Shown here piece by piece: positions 1-10,654 of a stretch of DNA of 64,000 bases (positions are counted from its first letter, which is position 1; the number at the start of each line of letters is the position of its first letter). The DNA is from a virus (taxonomy: Duplodnaviria > Caudoviricetes). The notes beneath the pieces were generated by a model. That model saw only the letters and a list, made by a program, of their open reading frames with translations, did no database searches and had not been told where the DNA came from. The translations under genes were made by a program, and so were the position numbers. The DNA lies in the IMG/VR virus record IMGVR_UViG_3300030330_003968, positions 5,711 to 69,710 of that record; one strand, written 5' to 3'.

Positions 1-22
1 CTAAGTAATCTCTTAAACCCAT
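1..22 (-). CDS. 5' fragment of the next gene (MGLRDYL...), possibly portal by synteny
   Basis: ATG at 22-20 overlaps the stop of the upstream gene; only 7 codons visible; product guessed from position after terminase. Confidence 0.3.
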
Positions 23-1422
23 CAGACCACCCCACTTTCCATACTATCCATCAATTGCATCTTACAATTATCATGGTATTTAACAACTACTTCGGGGTCT
101 ATATCATATTTTTCAAATTCTTTAACGCCTTGACCTCTTGAATCCTTCCAATTCTCATATTTAATTAGTTTAAATATTTCCTGTAATCGGGGTTTAGCCC
201 ATTCTTCTCTCTTAAAATTTTTCTTGATTCTAATCGCCTCTTGAATTAATCTACCCTGTGCTTGTTTCATTCTAAGATGTGGTATGCACTTTTCTAAAAT
301 TGTTGTGATGTCATCTTGACTGTAAAAATTTAACCTATGTTGGCTTCTACTATTCTCCCCTACTTTTTGGTCTAAGTGTAATCTTCCACATTTTAATTCC
401 TTTTCTAATTCTTGGAAAAATGCTTTACCTCTTTTACCCGTAGCAATCATTCCTACTCTTGGTGCTAAAGAAGAATCCATTGTGATGTAGCCATCGGAAT
501 CAATAAAGCCCGCTACATAGGAATACAAATCTTTCTTAATTAAATGTTTCACTAAGTAGTATTCATTATCTACCTTAGTAGCACCTATCTTCATTAACAT
601 TTTTGAAATAGATTGAGGGGTTGAAATTTTAGAATGTCCTTTGGATAATCTGGAGTGAATTTCATTAGAAGATAATCCTTGATTATTACAAATAATTTCT
701 TTTACACTCTTTTCAATCATTTCTTTCTTAGTTTTTCTTATAGATTGATGAGGTATATCTTTTAATAATTTTCTCAATTCATTTCTACTCTCTCTTAACA
801 TAATATAATTATTAGAATATTGTGTACCGTAATCTAATGACTTCATTTCTAAATCACTTTCCCACATCTTACAACATAATTCTATGATACTCTTTCTTGT
901 TTCACCGTCTTTAATATTATGCAACTTTTGTATTTGTGAAGGATTATAACCTAATCTTTTAAATCCTGATTGATATGGCTTTAACCAATAAATTGTATCT
1001 AAGGACTTCTGTAAATATTCTTCATAAGCAGTAATTAAATGGTCTATACCTTTTGAGATTTTAACCTTTTCTTCACCTTTAAAATTTCTTCTCATATCTC
1101 TTAATTCCTTAACTAAATCAGGAATATTTTTATTAGATACGATAGGTTCTACGGGAAGTTGTTGAATGTAATCATTTGCTTCAGTTAAATTAATTTGTAG
1201 TGTTTTAGAAATATTTTTTAGAATATCTACCTCATTACCGTATTGAGTACATAGCCATTGTCCTACATTACTCTTATTAAACTGTTCTTTAATTTTATCT
1301 TTAACAGGTTTAACTTCTTGGTCTAACATTCTTTTTTCATCTTCTACTCTTTTAATTTCTTGAACATCTTGTTCTAATTCTTCTATATCAATATCATCAT
1401 CCTGTTTAAAGATTAATACCAT
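22..1422 (-). CDS. Winged-HTH plus LAGLIDADG-domain protein
   Basis: C-terminal YVAGFIDSDG LAGLIDADG motif with downstream LRMKQAQ; central wHTH-like segment GLSSNEIHSRL...TPQSISKML; start placed at MVLIFKQ after a GGGAGGTG RBS. Confidence 0.75.
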   Translation of the reverse strand: MVLIFKQDDDIDIEELEQDVQEIKRVEDEKRMLDQEVKPVKDKIKEQFNKSNVGQWLCTQYGNEVDILKNISKTLQINLTEANDYIQQLPVEPIVSNKNIPDLVKELRDMRRNFKGEEKVKISKGIDHLITAYEEYLQKSLDTIYWLKPYQSGFKRLGYNPSQIQKLHNIKDGETRKSIIELCCKMWESDLEMKSLDYGTQYSNNYIMLRESRNELRKLLKDIPHQSIRKTKKEMIEKSVKEIICNNQGLSSNEIHSRLSKGHSKISTPQSISKMLMKIGATKVDNEYYLVKHLIKKDLYSYVAGFIDSDGYITMDSSLAPRVGMIATGKRGKAFFQELEKELKCGRLHLDQKVGENSRSQHRLNFYSQDDITTILEKCIPHLRMKQAQGRLIQEAIRIKKNFKREEWAKPRLQEIFKLIKYENWKDSRGQGVKEFEKYDIDPEVVVKYHDNCKMQLMDSMESGVV

Positions 1423-2824
1423 AAAATGCACCTCCCTTTGTTGGAGTAGTAGGGGTTGAACTAAACAGACTACCACTATCTATATCTAAAAATGTATCGG
1501 AGAAAGTTTTGGTTGCATAATTGGCTAAAGCAAGAGCAATTACTATATCGTCATGTGCGCCAACACCTTCAATTTTACCATGTGCATTAATTCCAAATGC
1601 ACCTAATTCTTGAGTAATCATATTAGTTACAGACTTAGATGCTTCATTTTGCATAGGTAAAACTATTTTTCCATTATCAATATTCATTTGTAAATTTAAT
1701 ATAATTTCTTCCTTCTTCTTTCTACTCATAGTAAATTCTCTAACAGGAAAATCTGAAATATTTTTCAATTCCATAGCAAAAGCCTTAGCGAATGTATTTG
1801 TTTCAATCATGACTACTTCGGGTTTATACCTTCTACATAATTCCATTATATGTTGTATGTGTTCCCTAAAGTCAAGTCCTTTCGCTCTAAACATATGAAC
1901 CACTTGTTTATTCATATTTTCATCAACCTCTAAGACCATCATTACAGTATAATCCCCATTTGCCGAAATAGCAGGGTCATATCCTATGTAATATTGAAAA
2001 CCCTCTCTCGCAACGCTCTCAAGTGAAGCATAGGGATTCTTACACGCTTTAATTGCATCAGGTTGAAAAAGCATAGTATTTGTACTGATAGGTACGCAAA
2101 GATATTCTCTTGTAAATTTAGCCGAGCCTATTTCTACTTTCCTCTCTTCAAGCATTTCAAGACTCCAACGATTAGCCCATAAAGCCGTTCCGTCTTGTTT
2201 AATTGCAGGGTATCTTGAAACGGTATATGCGGGGTTTTCTTCTAACTGTACAAATATATCTGTATATGTAAAGGGTGTTCCGACCATTCTCAAAGAAGCC
2301 GTATGGTGAAGTGTAGGAATCATATCTCCCCAAAACCAATCTGTAACTCTTTGGATAGCGGTCATACTAAATTCTTTCAAAGGGTCGTCAATAATAATTT
2401 CTTGAGGGTGCAAACCACGAATCTGAGAACCTACTGAACGCTCTAATATCTCATTACCATTTGTTAAACGCATAGCCCCAACTGCCCAACCGCCTCTCGG
2501 TTTGAATCTTTTTAATTGTGGAATATTAGTGAACATTCTATCTATGTCCTTCATGTGTACCATTGTCTGTTTATGGTTAGAAGAAATATAAAGCATTTGA
2601 TATGGTGGTTCTTGAAAACATAATTGATAAACACACCATGAATGAAAGAAAACAGATTTACCGTGGTCTCTTGAACAAATAATAACTGTCCTTGAAGTAT
2701 TATTTACAAGGTCTAACCATTCCTCATGAAAGTCGGCTAACTCATAACCTAATACCTTTTCAAAAAAATAAGGAAAATTTCCTTTGGACATTTTCAAATC
2801 CATTTCTGTTAAAAAATCATCCAT
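1406..2824 (-). CDS. terL: Terminase large subunit
   Basis: Walker A-like SRDHGKS, Walker B IIIDD, coupling motif VGTP, RNase H-like nuclease IGYDPA...GDYT and C-terminal HDDIVIALALA. Confidence 0.95.
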   Translation of the reverse strand: MDDFLTEMDLKMSKGNFPYFFEKVLGYELADFHEEWLDLVNNTSRTVIICSRDHGKSVFFHSWCVYQLCFQEPPYQMLYISSNHKQTMVHMKDIDRMFTNIPQLKRFKPRGGWAVGAMRLTNGNEILERSVGSQIRGLHPQEIIIDDPLKEFSMTAIQRVTDWFWGDMIPTLHHTASLRMVGTPFTYTDIFVQLEENPAYTVSRYPAIKQDGTALWANRWSLEMLEERKVEIGSAKFTREYLCVPISTNTMLFQPDAIKACKNPYASLESVAREGFQYYIGYDPAISANGDYTVMMVLEVDENMNKQVVHMFRAKGLDFREHIQHIMELCRRYKPEVVMIETNTFAKAFAMELKNISDFPVREFTMSRKKKEEIILNLQMNIDNGKIVLPMQNEASKSVTNMITQELGAFGINAHGKIEGVGAHDDIVIALALANYATKTFSDTFLDIDSGSLFSSTPTTPTKGGAFYGINL

Positions 2825-2829
2825 TAGAA

Positions 2830-3465
2830 TCACCTACACTTAAGAATATCCCATGCCTTTTGCATAGCCTTATCTTCTTTCATACTTTCAGGAACATAAA
2901 TAGCATAAGTTCTATTTTTAGCCTTTAGTACATCATAATGTCTTTGAGGAATATCAGGATGTTTTTCTTCAGCATTGAGAAATATCTCAAAACCCTCACT
3001 TGTATATTTTGCTAATCTATTTTCGCTATCATTAGATAAATCAAGAACAATAGGAATCTTTCTTTGGTTTGCTAAATCTTTGATAAAAGGCATTCTTTTT
3101 TCATCTAACATTTTATTAAAACCTCTACCTCTATAATCTACTCCATACATTTCAGGGTGTTTAGGCATACCGCCTACTGTAAAACTACCTGCATCACCAA
3201 TAACATCATCTAATGCTACTACCGCAACTTTAGCAACATAATAACCAAATTCATCTACAATCATCCAAATATAATATTCTTCTCCTTTAAATGTAAAAGG
3301 ACTGTCCTTTCTATTTCTTGGTCTTCTATTTGCTTTCTTCCACCTATTACCTATTTCTATAAATTTGGCTTCTGAGATTGGACCAACTAATGTAAAGGTT
3401 TCCCCATTATTTTCAAATGTTTCTCCCGCAGGTACAGGGTATGTTCCTTCTCTTTCACCTTTCAT
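2830..3465 (-). CDS. GNAT-like acetyltransferase with C-terminal KAWDILK motif
   Basis: acetyl-CoA binding motif A-like VDYRGRGFNKML and downstream YTSEGF. Confidence 0.55.
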   Translation of the reverse strand: MKGEREGTYPVPAGETFENNGETFTLVGPISEAKFIEIGNRWKKANRRPRNRKDSPFTFKGEEYYIWMIVDEFGYYVAKVAVVALDDVIGDAGSFTVGGMPKHPEMYGVDYRGRGFNKMLDEKRMPFIKDLANQRKIPIVLDLSNDSENRLAKYTSEGFEIFLNAEEKHPDIPQRHYDVLKAKNRTYAIYVPESMKEDKAMQKAWDILKCR

Positions 3466-6038
3466 CTAAACATCCCCTTAACCTTATAGATAATTTCTGA
3501 AGTAAATCCAAAGGTTTCGGCAATATCATTAAATGAAGATTGACTCTTAGTAATATTGTATATATCAATACCGTATAAATCTACATTATGTTCTTCCTTA
3601 ATCATATTTGAAACATATTGAATGTCCTCTAAATCACTAATATCTAATAATCCATAATAGATTTTATCTCCTTTCATTTTTCTAAGTATATCTGTTGCTT
3701 CTAACATAGCATGAGTAATTGGTCCTGTTAATTTTACATCACTTTCTAACAACTTTTTCTTTACTCTTTCACTCGCTGATTTAAATCCTCTAATTCTCAT
3801 ACCTGTTGTATTAATATAATTTTCCCATTCATCTGAATTAATTAGGGCTATTAAATTTTCAATACTTACCTGTTCCTCTTTTTGTTTATTATTCCAAAAA
3901 CTTAACGATTCTCCTTCAAAAATAATTTCATCTAATTCAGATTTATCTTCGGTTGCTGAAGCAACATCGTATAAACTTGCACCAAATAGTATTTCACTTC
4001 TTTCAATAATATTATCTAACTCATATGATTCATTTTCTACTACTGAATCTACACCTGCAAAGAATTTAACATAAGCATCCAAAGCATCACTAAACAAATT
4101 ATTCAAATCATCAGTATAAACTAATTCATTTTGATTTGCTATTCTTGCTAAAAATTTATTTAAAGTGTTTAAATCATCTACTTCTACAATAGGTTCATTA
4201 CCTTCTCTCATAGACCTTCTCGCCATGTTAATATTACTACTTGCAACAATTGAAGGGAAATCTTTGAATGCCTTTGATGTAAAGAATTTAGGTACATCTT
4301 CTAACAAAACCATATTACTTGTTAATGGTTTTACATAAAACTCAGAAATAAGAGTTGTTACAGTTTCTATTTCTTTCATTCTATCTAAATCTACTTGACT
4401 CATCTTAGGTTGAAGTGTTCTTGTAATACCACCTAAGTATTGAATAGGTGTACTATCTTGTCCACCCCTACCTCTTCTTACAGGTCTATCAGGTACTCTT
4501 TGTTTTGAGTATTGTAAATTAATAAAATTACCTACACCTTTAAAGAATCTTTCTGTACCAACATTAATAAATTTAACAGCCTCAGAATATTTTCTAAATG
4601 ATTCAGATTTTTTAATTCCCTTCTCATAATAATTAACAGTATAAAGTGCTTCTAAACTATCGAAATATTTTATAGCGAACTCATCATCTAATAAGGGAAT
4701 ATAAGAATCTCCTCTAATCATAGTACTTTTTCTAAAATTATCTAAGAATTTTTCTAATTCTTTATCTACAATTTTTTCAAGGTCTTTTTGGAATGCACCC
4801 ATAGTTTCAAATTTTAATTCAGATTTAATTAATTTAAGAGCCTCATCAATAACATCGTTATCATATTCACCCTTTAATTCTTTGTCCCTCATTAACAAAG
4901 CAAATAGTGGGTCTGTTTCTTTATCTATTTTAGTTTCATCTATTTCTTTTTCGGCTGCTTCAACTTCATCTACTAAATCATCTGTTGCCGTTGGGTCAAT
5001 AGATAAAGTAGAGCCTCCACCTTCAGCATCATAATCTTCTCTTGCAGTTACATTTATTCTTGCTTCGGCTTCCTTAGCATCAACTTTAGGTCTAAACTCT
5101 TCAGGTATTTCTCTACCTATTTCACTAAAGAAATCTCTAAATAATTCTAATGCTTGATATTCAGGTCCATTACTTTTAATTTTCATACCTGATACTTTAA
5201 TAATATAAGAAGGAAGATATGCATTTTCAGTTAATTTATTAATATCGCTATATGCTTCCTTAATTCTTTTTTCTTCCTCTTCTTCTTTATCAGATTTAGG
5301 GCTTTCAGCAAAAGGTTGTGATTCATTAAACTGTGCAATAATTCTTTCTACATTTGTTATTTCATCATCTACTGCACCAACAAACCCATCAAAATCTTCA
5401 AATTTAGTTTCTATATTTTTCCAATATCTGTAATATTTTTCTCTTGATTCAGTAGATATAACACTCGCATTTACTAAAGATTTTTCTAATAAGTCTAAAC
5501 TTTTAAACTCAGGTATTTCAGCAATTTCACTTGCTTCTTCATCGCTAATACCACCCAATCTTTCAATTAGTATTTGTATTGCTTCTTTATCCTCTTCATT
5601 TAAAATATCTTTACCCATTCTACTTGCTCTTTGGGTTAAAACTTTATTTAATTCTTCAACTAATTCTTCTTTATTTTCAACAGCATTATATGTTACATCA
5701 ATTTTTCTTGCTGATTTAATTGCCGCTACAAGTGAATCTCTATTCTTTTCTGTGTTTAAAGAAGTGGCTATTTGATTAGCATCTTTTCCATCAATAATAA
5801 AATTACTAATAATACCCTCGTTTGGATTAAAGACCTCTCCCCTTTGTTCCTTGTAATCAGTAATATCATTGAATAGTCTTTTTAATTCACCTATTCTCAT
5901 TTTATCATTATCAGTTTCCTGTTGTACTAAGGCAAGTGTTTCTTGTAGTCTTTCATCAGTAATTCTACCTCTTTCATATCTACCTGCATCTCTAAATAAT
6001 CTTGTTCTCAATTCATCAGACAAGTTATCTATATCCAT
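3462..6038 (-). CDS. Large acidic hypothetical protein (858 aa), possible virion protein
   Basis: long ORF coupled to both neighbours; no recognisable motif. Confidence 0.6.
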   Translation of the reverse strand: MDIDNLSDELRTRLFRDAGRYERGRITDERLQETLALVQQETDNDKMRIGELKRLFNDITDYKEQRGEVFNPNEGIISNFIIDGKDANQIATSLNTEKNRDSLVAAIKSARKIDVTYNAVENKEELVEELNKVLTQRASRMGKDILNEEDKEAIQILIERLGGISDEEASEIAEIPEFKSLDLLEKSLVNASVISTESREKYYRYWKNIETKFEDFDGFVGAVDDEITNVERIIAQFNESQPFAESPKSDKEEEEEKRIKEAYSDINKLTENAYLPSYIIKVSGMKIKSNGPEYQALELFRDFFSEIGREIPEEFRPKVDAKEAEARINVTAREDYDAEGGGSTLSIDPTATDDLVDEVEAAEKEIDETKIDKETDPLFALLMRDKELKGEYDNDVIDEALKLIKSELKFETMGAFQKDLEKIVDKELEKFLDNFRKSTMIRGDSYIPLLDDEFAIKYFDSLEALYTVNYYEKGIKKSESFRKYSEAVKFINVGTERFFKGVGNFINLQYSKQRVPDRPVRRGRGGQDSTPIQYLGGITRTLQPKMSQVDLDRMKEIETVTTLISEFYVKPLTSNMVLLEDVPKFFTSKAFKDFPSIVASSNINMARRSMREGNEPIVEVDDLNTLNKFLARIANQNELVYTDDLNNLFSDALDAYVKFFAGVDSVVENESYELDNIIERSEILFGASLYDVASATEDKSELDEIIFEGESLSFWNNKQKEEQVSIENLIALINSDEWENYINTTGMRIRGFKSASERVKKKLLESDVKLTGPITHAMLEATDILRKMKGDKIYYGLLDISDLEDIQYVSNMIKEEHNVDLYGIDIYNITKSQSSFNDIAETFGFTSEIIYKVKGMFR

Positions 6039-8230
6039 TACTCTTCCTCCTCAGTTGATGTTTCTCTTAAAAATTTCTTAGTAATTAAATACTCTCTAAT
6101 TCCTGCTGCTTGCCCTCTTACTTTTAATCCTTGACTTCTATATCTACCTGTGGTATCATCAGCAATATTTTGAATTGTTGATGCTAATTGAGCCTTTATA
6201 GCATCTTCTACATCTATAAGAATTTCATCAATAAGACCTTTTGCTTCTCTAAAATCTTGTCTTGTAGCAAACCAATTTGTAGAGTTATCTTCAAAATCTC
6301 CATCTTCAATAAATTCTCTCATAGAATTTAGTCTATCTTCTTGAGATTCTGTTGAATCATTTTCTTTAAAATATTCTTCTATATTATCAAAGAATGTATC
6401 TATCAATGTTCTCATTGTAACATTAAAAGGAGAGTATTTGTCTCTATCTAATGTCATTTTAATAATAGTCATTAATGCCCTCATTGATTTAATAAAATTT
6501 TCTTCTGAAGGGTCTGCAAATAATTTTCCTGTCGGAAGGTATTGTTTAAATCCTCCCGTTGGTACTATTTGTAAAGCCGTGTCTTTTCCTTCTAACCCTA
6601 AATCTATGTAACTGTTATACATCAATGCTAAAATGTTTCTCTCAAAACGATTCATAGGAGTTTCTAACATATCAATAAAATCTGATAGCCCTTTTTCAGT
6701 ATCAAATGAATACGCTAAATCTACAAAGTCAGCACCTGTATTACCCCTAAAGTTAAAGTATTCTTTCATTGATTGTCTATTAGAAGTAATCTCATCTTGT
6801 TCTTCTTTTGGTAATTTTCTGAACTCGGCATCCATTTTATTTTTTCTTCTAATGTCATCTTCATATCTTTTTTTCCATGTAGCATTCTCATTCTTAACTT
6901 GAGATTTAATCCAATCAATCAGTTTTGCTCTTTGAGTATAATGACTTTCATACTTTCTACTACCTTTAGGTATTGCGGGTACTAATTCACCCTCTTTATT
7001 TTTAACTTTTTCTTCTAATTGAAACCTTGAGAGAATTTCATATCCACCAATATTAATATCTGTATTAGATTCATCCATTCTTCTATTAATATAACTAATA
7101 GTCCAATCATGAAGATAATCTCTTTGTCTTTGTGTACCTCTATCTCCTTTTCTTCTAATTTCTAAATCTCTAACTAATTGTACAATACTTTGACCTTTAT
7201 AGCCTAAATCATAAACAATACCTATACTTTGATTTCTGATATTTTTAAATATACCTTCGGCTGAATTAGTCTTTTGTAATTTTTCTACTAATTCTTTAAA
7301 TTGTCCTTCAGTAAGTCCTGCAATTTTATTTCCAAGTCTTTCATGAGTAAGTAATTTTTCTGATGTTGCCTCTCCTACTTCCATTGTTTTAGGGTCTGCT
7401 ACTCTTCTTGTTCTTTCCTTTGTACCTTCTCTTCTAACTCTTTCACTTGCTCTACCGTATTTATCTTCATCTTTACCTGATACTACTGTAATATCTTTCA
7501 TACCCTGTGAAGTATATTTGTATTTATTAGTAAAGAAATCAAATACTCTTTTATCAACGCCACCCGTAACTTCAGGTTCTAATCTTAATTTAAATACATT
7601 TTGGAAAAATTCAGGATTAGGATTTTCAATAGAATTTATTCCCATTTTGTTATACCACTTTGTATTACCTTTAAATTGTCCATTAGTACTTTCATCTATA
7701 AATTTATGCAAAGCATATAGAACATCAACAGATGGCTCATTAACCATCATATTATAAAGTGTATTTAGAGTTTCAATAGTCCATTCTTGATTTGTTTTAC
7801 CATCAGGAGAAACAATGTCACCGTATGTTTTACCAAACGGAGTTTTCTTACCTTCTAATTCATTAAACCCTTCGACAAAACCTATCTCGCTTGCTAAAGA
7901 AATATCAGATGTTCTTTTCAAACCTTCATAATGTTTTAATCTCTCTTCAATAATCTTTAGACTTTCTTCTCTTGTATCAGCAACCTTAGTCCTTCTACCT
8001 GTAATCATTTGTGTAACTACACTATCTTCTAAATCATTACCTTCCTTAGAAGAATTAAATCCTTCTCTAAGTTTAGTAATTACATTATCTAAATATTTAT
8101 CTTGTAAATCTTGATTTGTAACTTCAGCAATCTCTTCTTTAGAAGGTAATTTACCTGTTCTAAATCTTGAGATTAAAGCCCCTACTGATATAGGTGGCTT
8201 ATCCGCTTTCAATAAAGAAATCCAAGACAT
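6038..8230 (-). CDS. Hypothetical protein (730 aa) with W-xx-LLK leader
   Basis: long ORF starting MSWISLLKA. Confidence 0.65.
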   Translation of the reverse strand: MSWISLLKADKPPISVGALISRFRTGKLPSKEEIAEVTNQDLQDKYLDNVITKLREGFNSSKEGNDLEDSVVTQMITGRRTKVADTREESLKIIEERLKHYEGLKRTSDISLASEIGFVEGFNELEGKKTPFGKTYGDIVSPDGKTNQEWTIETLNTLYNMMVNEPSVDVLYALHKFIDESTNGQFKGNTKWYNKMGINSIENPNPEFFQNVFKLRLEPEVTGGVDKRVFDFFTNKYKYTSQGMKDITVVSGKDEDKYGRASERVRREGTKERTRRVADPKTMEVGEATSEKLLTHERLGNKIAGLTEGQFKELVEKLQKTNSAEGIFKNIRNQSIGIVYDLGYKGQSIVQLVRDLEIRRKGDRGTQRQRDYLHDWTISYINRRMDESNTDINIGGYEILSRFQLEEKVKNKEGELVPAIPKGSRKYESHYTQRAKLIDWIKSQVKNENATWKKRYEDDIRRKNKMDAEFRKLPKEEQDEITSNRQSMKEYFNFRGNTGADFVDLAYSFDTEKGLSDFIDMLETPMNRFERNILALMYNSYIDLGLEGKDTALQIVPTGGFKQYLPTGKLFADPSEENFIKSMRALMTIIKMTLDRDKYSPFNVTMRTLIDTFFDNIEEYFKENDSTESQEDRLNSMREFIEDGDFEDNSTNWFATRQDFREAKGLIDEILIDVEDAIKAQLASTIQNIADDTTGRYRSQGLKVRGQAAGIREYLITKKFLRETSTEEEE

Positions 8231-8239
8231 ATGACAACC

Positions 8240-8455
8240 TCACAGTTGAGATTGTACTAATGCTACTACTACCAAAATAGAAGGTATTGCAATAAGAATT
8301 TGTTTCTTATATTGCTTAAGTTTAGCGAGAATCTTATCAACCTTTTTCTCACTAATAAGTCCTAAATCTTCCGCAATATCAAGAGCATCTTCTACTAAAT
8401 CTTCTACATCTTCTACTGTTTCTTTAATTTCTTCTTCCTTTACCATTTTATTCAC
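8240..8455 (-). CDS. Small membrane protein with C-terminal TM helix
   Basis: acidic N-terminus, hydrophobic ILIAIPSILVVVALV tail. Confidence 0.6.
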   Translation of the reverse strand: MNKMVKEEEIKETVEDVEDLVEDALDIAEDLGLISEKKVDKILAKLKQYKKQILIAIPSILVVVALVQSQL

Positions 8456-8810
8456 CTTTAATTGTGTCCATAGTATTACTATGAGTATTATTTTCTGCTT
8501 CCATAGCCATTTGATGTCTATGTTGTGCTTCTTCTAAACCTCTTCGGTGTTCATATTCAGCAGGTACTTCTGTAATTTCATTAGCCTGTTCCGCTTCCCA
8601 TGTTCTTAAAAGAGTATTAAATGCGGGTGCTGCAATTCCACCAATAATAGCAATAAGAGCAATAAAACCATCAAGATTCTGTAATACTACATCGGGCTTC
8701 ATAATACCTGTATAAACAACTGCACCTGAAGCCAATAACCACAAATAAATAGCAGGTAGTACAGTTTTATTTACTAATTTATCATTAAATGTATTTTTAT
8801 CTTTACCCAT
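8448..8810 (-). CDS. Two-TM membrane protein (holin-like)
   Basis: two hydrophobic segments (VLPAIYLWLLASGAVVY; FIALIAIIGGIAAPAF) and a charged tail. Confidence 0.55.
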   Translation of the reverse strand: MGKDKNTFNDKLVNKTVLPAIYLWLLASGAVVYTGIMKPDVVLQNLDGFIALIAIIGGIAAPAFNTLLRTWEAEQANEITEVPAEYEHRRGLEEAQHRHQMAMEAENNTHSNTMDTIKGE

Positions 8811-8811
8811 T

Positions 8812-9069
8812 TTACATCACCTGTGTTCCAACCATAATAGACGATACTATCCCTATTAATCCTAATATTACTTTCTTAATTAAATCAAACCCTTCCCCGA
8901 TAATTTGGTTCTGTGCATCCATTGATGTTGCTAACTCCGTTAATCTCGTACTTAACTCTAACTGATTATCCGCTAATTTATCTAAAAGTAATTCATGTCT
9001 ATCAACCTTTGTTTCGATATTGTCTAATCTAATATCCTGAACATCGTCTTTAGCCATTGTATTACTCAC
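8812..9069 (-). CDS. Coiled-coil protein with C-terminal TM helix
   Basis: heptad-like N-terminus followed by VILGLIGIVSSIMVG. Confidence 0.55.
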   Translation of the reverse strand: MSNTMAKDDVQDIRLDNIETKVDRHELLLDKLADNQLELSTRLTELATSMDAQNQIIGEGFDLIKKVILGLIGIVSSIMVGTQVM

Positions 9070-9331
9070 CTAAATCATAATAATAATCTTCTACTCTCAT
9101 AGTATTAGGGTCAAAACTATCTATTTTATCTGAATGCCACCCATATAAATAAGTTCTAAATGCTCTTGGAGGTACGGACATTCCTACTACTCCTAATTTT
9201 TTTAAAACATATTGATTTACTTCTCTTACTGAAGTTTTACCTTCTACTGATGACATAAATTCATCAATAACATCTCTAACATTTTTTGGTGGTACAGGTT
9301 TTTTTCTTTTTAATATATTTGTCCATTCCAT
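9062..9331 (-). CDS. W-leader protein, wHTH-like
   Basis: start re-placed at MEWTNILKR; helix pattern VIDEFM...TSVREVNQYV. Confidence 0.6.
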   Translation of the reverse strand: MEWTNILKRKKPVPPKNVRDVIDEFMSSVEGKTSVREVNQYVLKKLGVVGMSVPPRAFRTYLYGWHSDKIDSFDPNTMRVEDYYYDLGE

Positions 9332-9341
9332 TTTAATCCCT

Positions 9342-9794
9342 CTAATTATAATAATATTCATCAGGAGTTTCAGCATAGCCTATTTGTGAACGCTGAGTTT
9401 TTCCATCATATTCTCTTTCTTGTGCTCTTAACATTTCTTTATTTGCTTTTGCGGCATCAGACATATTAGCAATTTCTTGACCTTCATAATAACCATTTAA
9501 TAATCTACCATCTAATGTTATAGTTAAACTTACTCTACCAAACATTGTATCATATACAAGTGCAGAAGCAAACTCTTTTTCCATTTCTTTTATTTCATCA
9601 CCATAGAAGGCAGTACTCGGAGAAAAACTTTGTTCTTCAAAAGTATCAATACCTCTCATTACTCTTTCAACAAGTTTTTCAGTTTTTTCTTCAGCCTCAT
9701 AGACCATTTGTTCTCTCATTTCATCAAATGCATATTTACGACCTAATCTATTTGCTTCTTCCATATCTATTTTTAATATTTCTTTCCAACTCAT
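9342..9794 (-). CDS. W-leader hypothetical protein
   Basis: starts MSWKEILKI. Confidence 0.65.
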   Translation of the reverse strand: MSWKEILKIDMEEANRLGRKYAFDEMREQMVYEAEEKTEKLVERVMRGIDTFEEQSFSPSTAFYGDEIKEMEKEFASALVYDTMFGRVSLTITLDGRLLNGYYEGQEIANMSDAAKANKEMLRAQEREYDGKTQRSQIGYAETPDEYYYN

Positions 9795-10453
9795 GACAAT
9801 CTCTCCGCTACACTATCTCTAATCTCAGTCCATACTTCAGGATATTTTTCTATTAAAACTTTTTGTATAATTTCAACTTGTTGAACAACAACAGTTTCTT
9901 CTCTTTTATGAACCAATTGTCCTTTAAATTCTAACATATACTTTAGAGATTCTCTAATTTCTTTTGCTAATTTTGTTAATGAGTCAATTTGTTTTGTACC
10001 TAAATCAGTATTTTCTAATAACTCATTTACTTTATTTTGTAATGTAGTTACATTTCCTGATAATATATCTATTTCGTTTAAATCCATTCTTGCTACCTCC
10101 ATAGCACCGTGTTGTTGTACAATTGGTTTCAAATGTTTTTTCATATGTAATTGTACTTGGGCTTCTGAACATGATAACATTTCAGCAACTTCTGATATTT
10201 TTAATTCTCCTTCGGCTATTCTAATTTCTATTTCGGCTCTATTAGAATGAGTACATAGTGGACAAGATGGATTTGAGTTATCATGATAACTACCTAAATG
10301 ATTTTGCATGTGCTTTTTAGAAGTTCCTGCCCACCAATTATTTTGTTTATCTAATTCATCACAAGTAATGTTTCCAGCAAGAATATCCTCTTCTAAACCA
10401 TCACGGTCTTCGTGTTGGCATAATTTACAAGACTTTCTTACCTTTCTTGTCAT
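9791..10453 (-). CDS. Tandem Zn-finger/HTH protein with coiled coil; candidate terminase small subunit
   Basis: two CxxC...HxxxH repeats (CKLC...HMQNH; CPLC...HMKKH) each enclosing an HTH-like segment, then a helical region. Confidence 0.5.
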   Translation of the reverse strand: MTRKVRKSCKLCQHEDRDGLEEDILAGNITCDELDKQNNWWAGTSKKHMQNHLGSYHDNSNPSCPLCTHSNRAEIEIRIAEGELKISEVAEMLSCSEAQVQLHMKKHLKPIVQQHGAMEVARMDLNEIDILSGNVTTLQNKVNELLENTDLGTKQIDSLTKLAKEIRESLKYMLEFKGQLVHKREETVVVQQVEIIQKVLIEKYPEVWTEIRDSVAERLS

Positions 10454-10457
10454 AAAA

Positions 10458-10649
10458 TCAATCCCTTGCTAAGAAAGCACTATTACCGCCCTTTCTACTT
10501 TTACTTCTTTTTTGTGGTATCTTTTTATTTTCTTCGGCTAATGCTTTGAAATCTGCACCTGTAATTTTATGTTTAGGTTCAGCCGCCTCAGCAATTTTCT
10601 TTTGTTTATCAGTTAATTTTTTATTTTTAATTACAGTCCACCATTTCAT
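10458..10649 (-). CDS. Small basic W-leader protein
   Basis: starts MKWWTVIKN; contains LTDKQKKIAEAAEPKHKITGADFKAL. Confidence 0.6.
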   Translation of the reverse strand: MKWWTVIKNKKLTDKQKKIAEAAEPKHKITGADFKALAEENKKIPQKRSKSRKGGNSAFLARD

Positions 10650-10654
10650 ATTAT

